From Lachnospiraceae bacterium (GTDB taxonomy: Bacteria; Bacillota; Clostridia; Lachnospirales; Lachnospiraceae), in NCBI GenBank assembly GCA_017442865.1, contig JAFRXK010000010.1, positions 17,810-81,809 on the forward strand: a stretch of 64,000 nucleotides of DNA, written 5' to 3'. A program made the translations under genes and the position numbers. Below are positions 58,494 through 64,000 of this stretch, piece after piece. The notes under the pieces were generated by a model. That model was not told the DNA's origin. It saw only the letters and a program-made list of their open reading frames with translations, and searched no databases. Within the stretch, counting starts at the first letter, position 1. The number at the start of each line of letters is the position of its first letter.

Positions 58494-59315
58494 ATGGCGA
58501 AAAAATCTAAACCTTTATTTAAATTTATAAGGAACTGTGTCCGTGACCAGCTTGCTCTTTACGCAGCACAGTCTTCATTTTTTATGATGTTTTCACTGAT
58601 TCCGATTATAATGATAATCATTTTCGTGGTGCAGGCGTTTCTGCCGTTTACAAGGGAAGATTATATAGAGATGATTATGAATCTTTTCCCGGCAGGTATA
58701 GACCTGGATATCCCGCGTATAGTGAACAATCTGCTCTCTTACTCTGCCAGAACCATTATTTCGATTTCTGCCATCACGCTTTTGTGGTCGGCATCAAAGG
58801 TCGTATATGCGCTTATGCTCGGGCTGAACCATGTCCACCACACCGTGGAGACCAGAAAAAATCTCATCAGAAGATTTGTCGCTATCTTTTATACTCTGGT
58901 ATTTGTACTGATTATCATTTTCTACTTTATCGTGCTTGTATTCGGTGATTATATTCAGATGTATCTTGAGAAGCTGATACCTGCGCTTACGGAATCATCA
59001 TTCCTCATAGTATGCTTAAGAACCGGAATATCGATTCTGATACTGGTATTGTTCTTCACGCTGATTTACAAGACGCTGCCTGACAAGAAGTTAAATTTTA
59101 GGGGACAGCTTCCCGGAGCGATATTTGCCACGGCGGGCTGGCTCATTTACTCGTACCTTTTTACAATATACATCAACAATTTTTCGCACTACTCATATAT
59201 ATACGGAAGCCTTACGGCAATCATACTTTTCATGCTGTGGATTTATTTTTGTATGATTATCCTGCTCGCAGGCGCAGAGCTTAATATAGTTCTTGAGGAC
59301 AACAAAAATGAGTAA
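58494..59315 (+). CDS. YihY/BrkB-family membrane protein
   Basis: It has 6 TM segments, an N-terminus DQLALYAAQSSFFMMFSLIP and a C-terminal AGAELN motif. Confidence 0.8.
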   Translation: MAKKSKPLFKFIRNCVRDQLALYAAQSSFFMMFSLIPIIMIIIFVVQAFLPFTREDYIEMIMNLFPAGIDLDIPRIVNNLLSYSARTIISISAITLLWSASKVVYALMLGLNHVHHTVETRKNLIRRFVAIFYTLVFVLIIIFYFIVLVFGDYIQMYLEKLIPALTESSFLIVCLRTGISILILVLFFTLIYKTLPDKKLNFRGQLPGAIFATAGWLIYSYLFTIYINNFSHYSYIYGSLTAIILFMLWIYFCMIILLAGAELNIVLEDNKNE

Positions 59316-59372
59316 GGCATCAGACGTGTAATATATAAATTGAATACTGCGCGGCAGCTGCCGCGCAAAATT

Positions 59373-59424
59373 AAGGCTTTTGCAGTACAGAGCTGTTCTC
59401 TACAGTGCAAAAGCCTTTTCTTCA
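59373..59424. terminator. Terminator between convergent genes
   Basis: aaggcttttgca (59373-59384) pairs with tgcaaaagcctt (59406-59417). It is flanked by an A-run upstream and a T-run downstream. A second GC hairpin tgcgcggcagctgccgcgca lies at 59348-59367. Confidence 0.65.
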
Positions 59425-59448
59425 TCACATAAATAATTTAATTATTCA

Positions 59449-60114
59449 TCAAACCTTCTCTACGATGTCATCCTGCTTCTTGAAGATAGAATTTGCAGGG
59501 ATGCAGCCTCTAACCATTGAAATAGGATAAATGTTGGTATTTCTTCCGACTACTGTACCCGGATTGATAATTGTTCCGCAGCCAATCTCAACATAATCGC
59601 CAATCATACCGCCAAACTTCTTAAGTCCTGTCTCAATTCTCTCGCCGTTAATCTTAACAACTACAAGCTTCTTGTCAGACTTAACATTTGAAGTAATAGA
59701 GCCGGCGCCCATATGCGCCTTGTAGCCAAGGATTGAATCGCCTACATAGTTGTAATGCGGGACCTGAACATTATCAAATAAAATAACGTTCTTAAGCTCT
59801 GTTGAATTGCCGACAACCGCATTCTCACCTACAAGTGCATTGCCTCTGATAAATGCACAATGTCTTACCTCAGCGCCCTTGCCGATAATTGCAGGACCGT
59901 TGATTGATGCAGTAGGTGCAATCTTTGCAGTCTTTGCAACCCAGATATTCTCGCCGCGTTTCTCGTACTCCTCCTCCGGAAGTGTATTGCCAAGCTCAAC
60001 AATGAACTTCCCAATCTCAGGCAATGCCTCCCACGGATACTCAACCTTCTCAAGCAGCGGTGCAGCAAGAGTATGTGTTAAATCATATAAATTTGAAACC
60101 TTTAATTCTTCCAT
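59449..60114 (-). CDS. Hexapeptide-repeat (left-handed beta-helix) transferase, GlmU C-terminal-domain-like
   Basis: Imperfect hexapeptide repeats are present (IIGKGAEVRHCAFIRGNALVGENAVVGNSTELKNVILFDNVQV). Confidence 0.65.
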   Translation of the reverse strand: MEELKVSNLYDLTHTLAAPLLEKVEYPWEALPEIGKFIVELGNTLPEEEYEKRGENIWVAKTAKIAPTASINGPAIIGKGAEVRHCAFIRGNALVGENAVVGNSTELKNVILFDNVQVPHYNYVGDSILGYKAHMGAGSITSNVKSDKKLVVVKINGERIETGLKKFGGMIGDYVEIGCGTIINPGTVVGRNTNIYPISMVRGCIPANSIFKKQDDIVEKV

Positions 60115-60211
60115 AAGCTCTAATCAGTATGTCCAAAATATGACACACTTCTCCTTTCCTTTTTATGCAGATTTTTTTCTAATACTTATTATACATAAAA
60201 AGTGAACATAA

Positions 60212-61360
60212 TCAATCAAAAAATAAAAATTTTGTCCAATCTTTTTGCCGTGAGCCTATCTGTTTTTTATCAAGGACATAGCATGCTCCATAATTGCCAT
60301 AGAACAGATACTCTGTATCACCAAAAGGATTTGAATACAGAGGAACAGAAATTGTGTCAATATGCTTTCCGTTGGTATCAAAGACATAAATGCTATGCTC
60401 ATTATCAGGTTTTATTTTTAATGAATTATCAAAGTAAAGATATCTGCCATCATATGATACTTCAAGTCTTTCATCATCAGCAGGATAAAACAGTCTTTCT
60501 TTTTTTGATGAAATATCATATTGATACACTCCGTCTTTCTCAAAATAATAAAGCTTATCATCCGCTATAGCATAATTATTAGCATAATTGCAGAAATTAC
60601 AGCATATATTTTTCTTAACCAGATATGTCTCATCCTCACTATTATCATAATAGTACAAGTTATAACAAATCAAACTATAATTAGTTAACATTACATGCAC
60701 TAAAAAGATAGTCTGAATCAGCACACCGTCTCCATAACCGCTTATTCCAGTAATAAAAGCAGACCGCTTCGTATCATATGTAAACAATTCCTCCGGTATA
60801 GAAGCTTTATCCGGCTTCATTCTATATAAAACATTCTCTTTATCATTCTCTAAAGAAAAATATACGTATCCTCTATGTATACATAAGCTGTAACATTCTC
60901 CACGCTCAAACAGCCTGCATACCATTTCTTCTACCAAACCGTCAAATGTTCTTCTATATAACGTCGCTCCCTTATTATCCTCATCATCAGTGTCGTCAAA
61001 TATTATATAATAAAAATATCCATCGTAATATTGAAGGAAATTAACATCCCCCAAATATGAATCGCAGTCTGCCGTATTATGCCTGCAGCCGCCCTTTGAA
61101 CACACCTGATGCATTTCACTGTTTGCTGCATCAATGCAATATAAATATCCATCAACATTCATATAGTATTTGCCCTTAACGGACATTACATTCTGGACGC
61201 CCTTCCAATAATACTGGCTGTCTGTTTCGGGATTGTACTGCGTATCGGAAAAGCCATCCAGCAGCTTCATCTCCTGACTAACCGTATCTGTGTCTGCTGA
61301 TTTACCGCAGCCGGAAAGCAAAACAATCAATGTTAATAAAATACTTAAGAATCTTTTCAT
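60212..61360 (-). CDS. Paralogous lipoprotein 1 (putative beta-propeller, DUF5050-like)
   Basis: The lipobox is LLSGCG. A Tyr-rich repeat pattern (LYYFEKDGVYQYD) is present, and the protein has a C-x4-C-x-H-x5-C motif. It shows clear aa similarity to the next two genes. The start is set at ATG 61360. Confidence 0.65.
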   Translation of the reverse strand: MKRFLSILLTLIVLLSGCGKSADTDTVSQEMKLLDGFSDTQYNPETDSQYYWKGVQNVMSVKGKYYMNVDGYLYCIDAANSEMHQVCSKGGCRHNTADCDSYLGDVNFLQYYDGYFYYIIFDDTDDEDNKGATLYRRTFDGLVEEMVCRLFERGECYSLCIHRGYVYFSLENDKENVLYRMKPDKASIPEELFTYDTKRSAFITGISGYGDGVLIQTIFLVHVMLTNYSLICYNLYYYDNSEDETYLVKKNICCNFCNYANNYAIADDKLYYFEKDGVYQYDISSKKERLFYPADDERLEVSYDGRYLYFDNSLKIKPDNEHSIYVFDTNGKHIDTISVPLYSNPFGDTEYLFYGNYGACYVLDKKQIGSRQKDWTKFLFFD

Positions 61361-61469
61361 GCTGTTTCCTACCATTCTTTCTGACACTTAAAATCGTCCT
61401 AAAATTTTATATATTAATTATACACAAAAAGACATTCCTATCAATCCTCTAAGCAAAACATTTAACAAC

Positions 61470-61501
61470 GAAATAAATACAGCAGCAGAAAATCTGCTGC
61501 C
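61470..61501 (-). terminator. Terminator after paralog 2
   Basis: On the minus strand, GCAGCAG-AUUUU-CUGCUGC is followed by a U-rich tail. Confidence 0.55.
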
Positions 61502-61511
61502 GCATAGCGTT

Positions 61512-62666
61512 TTAATTAAATTGCATCACATTATCATATTCCATATACTTATAAATCCACTCATGCTTACCTGTGCCTATCTGCTTCTTGTCTAAAAACT
61601 GATATCCCTCTTCCATACACTGAAACAGATAGTCGCTGTCTCCATACAGACATTCATATTCAGTGAGTTCTATTGTATCAATATACTTACCCTGCAAATC
61701 AACGACATATAATTTATGTTCATCCGCCGGCGTTTGCTCCAAATCTATTGAATACATATTATTCAAATAAAGATACCTGCCGTCATAGGATAAATACACC
61801 ATTTCATCTATGGCATAAAAAAGGCTTTCCTCACTGGATGATGTATCGTACTTATATATTCCACCATCTTTAAAATAATAAAGATTTCCCTCTGCTGCAG
61901 TATAGACGCCGCCTACATCTTCTTTGACCAGCTTTACAGCAGCCTCATTGGTATCATAATAATAAATATTATATGTCGGATTATTAAACTTGGTATCCTG
62001 ATAATATCCCGTCTCAAAAAAGACTCCGTCACCATAACCCTGAAGATTATATATCTCAGGATAAACGCCTTTATCATATACAAAAAGCTCTTCTTTCTTT
62101 GAAGATTTTTCGAGTTTCATCCTATAAAAAGTTACCGATTCGCCATATTCCTCTGTAGAAAAATAAGCATACCCTCTGTGTATCGTTATCGTAGGTATAA
62201 CCTGGCTCTCAAGAAGCTCTCCAACCTTTTCAACAACCGAACCATCAAGTTTTTTCCTATATAATACTGACAGATATTTACCTTCATCTGCCAAAACATA
62301 ATACAAATATCCACCATAATACTGAAGATACATCGCTGAATCTATATATGCATCACAATCTACGTTCTGATGGTCGCATACAGGATTTGAACATACAGGC
62401 TGAAAATCCATTTTATCCTTATCTGCATAGTATAAAAATAAAAAGTCGTGCAAATAGTATCCGTCATTTACAGATGTCGCCTGACCATAACCATTCCAAA
62501 AATACTGATTATCAGTTTCAGGATTGTACTCAGTGTTAGTAAAACCTTCTATAGGTACTATTTCTTTTTTTAGGCTCTCTGAATCAGTTGTCTTGGTACA
62601 GCCTACAAGAAAAATAATACATAATAAAACAGCAGCTAAGATTTTTTTCATATTTTTTAACTCCAT
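61512..62666 (-). CDS. Paralogous lipoprotein 2 (putative beta-propeller, DUF5050-like)
   Basis: The lipobox is FLVGCT. It has the same architecture and conserved blocks as paralog 1 (YNPETDNQY, HRGYAYFS, YLYLNN, LDKKQIGTGK). The start is ATG 62666 or ATG 62651. Confidence 0.65.
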   Translation of the reverse strand: MELKNMKKILAAVLLCIIFLVGCTKTTDSESLKKEIVPIEGFTNTEYNPETDNQYFWNGYGQATSVNDGYYLHDFLFLYYADKDKMDFQPVCSNPVCDHQNVDCDAYIDSAMYLQYYGGYLYYVLADEGKYLSVLYRKKLDGSVVEKVGELLESQVIPTITIHRGYAYFSTEEYGESVTFYRMKLEKSSKKEELFVYDKGVYPEIYNLQGYGDGVFFETGYYQDTKFNNPTYNIYYYDTNEAAVKLVKEDVGGVYTAAEGNLYYFKDGGIYKYDTSSSEESLFYAIDEMVYLSYDGRYLYLNNMYSIDLEQTPADEHKLYVVDLQGKYIDTIELTEYECLYGDSDYLFQCMEEGYQFLDKKQIGTGKHEWIYKYMEYDNVMQFN

Positions 62667-62941
62667 TTTTCCCCTTTATGGTAACGTACAAATAAAAGCA
62701 TACCATATTCCTTCCATTTACACAATAAATTTTTTGCGTTTTCCAATATGCATAATGTTTTTCTAATACTACTTTTTGAATATATATTTGTCAAATATTT
62801 GTTTGTATAAGATACTTATCATAAGTTTAAGGGTGCCTGAATCAAGCACTTTTCAGACACCCTCGATGAAAACTTTAACTACAATAATAATTATAAGGAA
62901 ATAATAATGAAACAAATTTTTTTCTTCTGCCAAAAGTCAGT

Positions 62942-64000
62942 TTAGTCCTCTATAAGCTGATAATTATACATAGGAATCTTTATCCACTCCTGCTTGCCGG
63001 TACCCAGCTGTGTTTTATCCAACATCTGATATCCCATAGCCATACTTTGAAACAGATAATCTTTATCACCATAATAACATATATACTCAGGTACAGGTAT
63101 GGTATCAATAAGCTGTCCGTTCATGTCCACTACATAAACCCTATGTTCTCTTTCAGAAATCTGTTCCCAGTTCAATGCGTATTCATTATTTAGATAGAGA
63201 TACCTTCCATCATAAGATACAAACACCATTTCTTCTATAGGATAAAACATACTTTCTGTTCTAGTTGATATATCATATTGATATACTCCATCTCCCTTAT
63301 AGTAATAAACCATCCCATCTGCTATGATATAATCACCACCTGTATCTACTTTAACAAGCTTAACTGCATTTTCACCGCTGTCATAATAATACAGATTAAA
63401 AACTGCACCCGTATAATCATTATTAAGATAATATGACGTTTCAAACATTACGCCATCACCATAGCCCTTTATTCTGTATATTGATGGGTCAAATTTTGCA
63501 TCATAAACAAACAGTTTTTCCCGCACAGCGTCTTTTTTCAGCTTTATTCTATATAAAGTAGAATCATTTTTAGAATCCCATGCAAAATATGCATATCCTC
63601 TATGAATCGTAATATCCGGAATAAGATCTGCACGAAGCAATTCGCCTATTTTTTCAACCACTGAACCATCAGGTGATTTTCTATATAAAATAGCCTCCTT
63701 ATTATCATAATCATATATTACATAATAAAGATATCCTTCATAATACTGAAGGTATGAAGCATCTCCTAAATATGCATCACAATTCTCTGTCTTATGGTCA
63801 CACGATAGATTTGAGCAAACCGGGTGGTTTTCCTTACTCTTCTTATCAAAAAAATAAAGGAAACCGCCATAATTCTTGTAATATCCGCCATCAACAGCAA
63901 CTAAACCCGAATACTCACTAAAGTAATATTGGTTATCGGTTTCAGGATTGTACTCTGTATTCGTAAAACCTTCTATCGGTACTACTTCTTTTTTTAAGCT
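62942..64000 (-). CDS. Paralogous lipoprotein 3, 5' end outside window
   Basis: The tracked ORF starts at GTG 63661. My manual translation shows the frame stays open to base 64000 (…LKKEVVPIEGFTNTEYNPETDNQYY…CSNLSCDHKTENCDAY…). The protein is closely similar to paralog 2. Confidence 0.7.
   Translation of the reverse strand, partial: SLKKEVVPIEGFTNTEYNPETDNQYYFSEYSGLVAVDGGYYKNYGGFLYFFDKKSKENHPVCSNLSCDHKTENCDAYLGDASYLQYYEGYLYYVIYDYDNKEAILYRKSPDGSVVEKIGELLRADLIPDITIHRGYAYFAWDSKNDSTLYRIKLKKDAVREKLFVYDAKFDPSIYRIKGYGDGVMFETSYYLNNDYTGAVFNLYYYDSGENAVKLVKVDTGGDYIIADGMVYYYKGDGVYQYDISTRTESMFYPIEEMVFVSYDGRYLYLNNEYALNWEQISEREHRVYVVDMNGQLIDTIPVPEYICYYGDKDYLFQSMAMGYQMLDKTQLGTGKQEWIKIPMYNYQLIED

Noticed and set aside
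62830-62863. Hairpin agggtgcctgaa/ttcagacaccct after paralog 3 as an intrinsic terminator
   Set aside because: The stem is good, but the downstream tail on the minus strand (UUAAACUUAU) is a poor U-tract. I did not list it as a feature.

Overview
This is a chromosomal segment of a low-GC Firmicute. Gene content and synteny suggest Clostridia, possibly Lachnospiraceae, but that placement is inference only. Most of the window is housekeeping, and most genes lie on the minus strand. In order the genes are: potBCD; a divergent hicB/hicA pair; comEC; a GerMN lipoprotein; an OmpR-type two-component system; comEA; a DMT transporter; a membrane-tethered ECF-like sigma factor; a 1167-aa clostripain-like (C11) surface protein; a TetR regulator with an aldo/keto reductase; degV; argD-argB, a 2-gene insert, then argC, with argG divergent; a lipid-enzyme cluster (anchored class-3 lipase-like protein, DUF975 fusion, patatin, beta-helix hydrolase); fprA; hemZ-like; MBL hydrolase; relA; pfkA; dnaE; crh-like HPr; whiA; murB; hprK; uvrC; ftsH; pyrG; SDR; rlmI-like; LacI; XRE membrane protein; ogg; cotH; yihY; a hexapeptide transferase; and at least three tandem paralogous lipoprotein genes that run off the window end. 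I found no rRNA, tRNA, CRISPR array, transposase, integrase or recognisable defence system, and no convincing new multi-gene system. The observations most worth a second look are listed here. (1) A 105-109 bp tandem array after potD whose units are inverted copies of the potD 3' end. (2) A self-contained 2-gene module sitting where argJ normally lies in argCJBD; it includes an untracked 43-aa ORF, and both products end in EYELPFIP. (3) A GC-rich, internally duplicated in-frame insertion in ogg. (4) comEC apparently initiating at ATT. (5) The paralogous lipoprotein array, which has a conserved C-x4-C-x-H-x5-C motif. (6) A tail-anchored sigma factor. (7) Two surface proteins with xPxTGDN sorting signals. 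(8) 30-bp tandem repeats upstream of uvrC. All functional calls come from motif recognition by eye; no searches were run.
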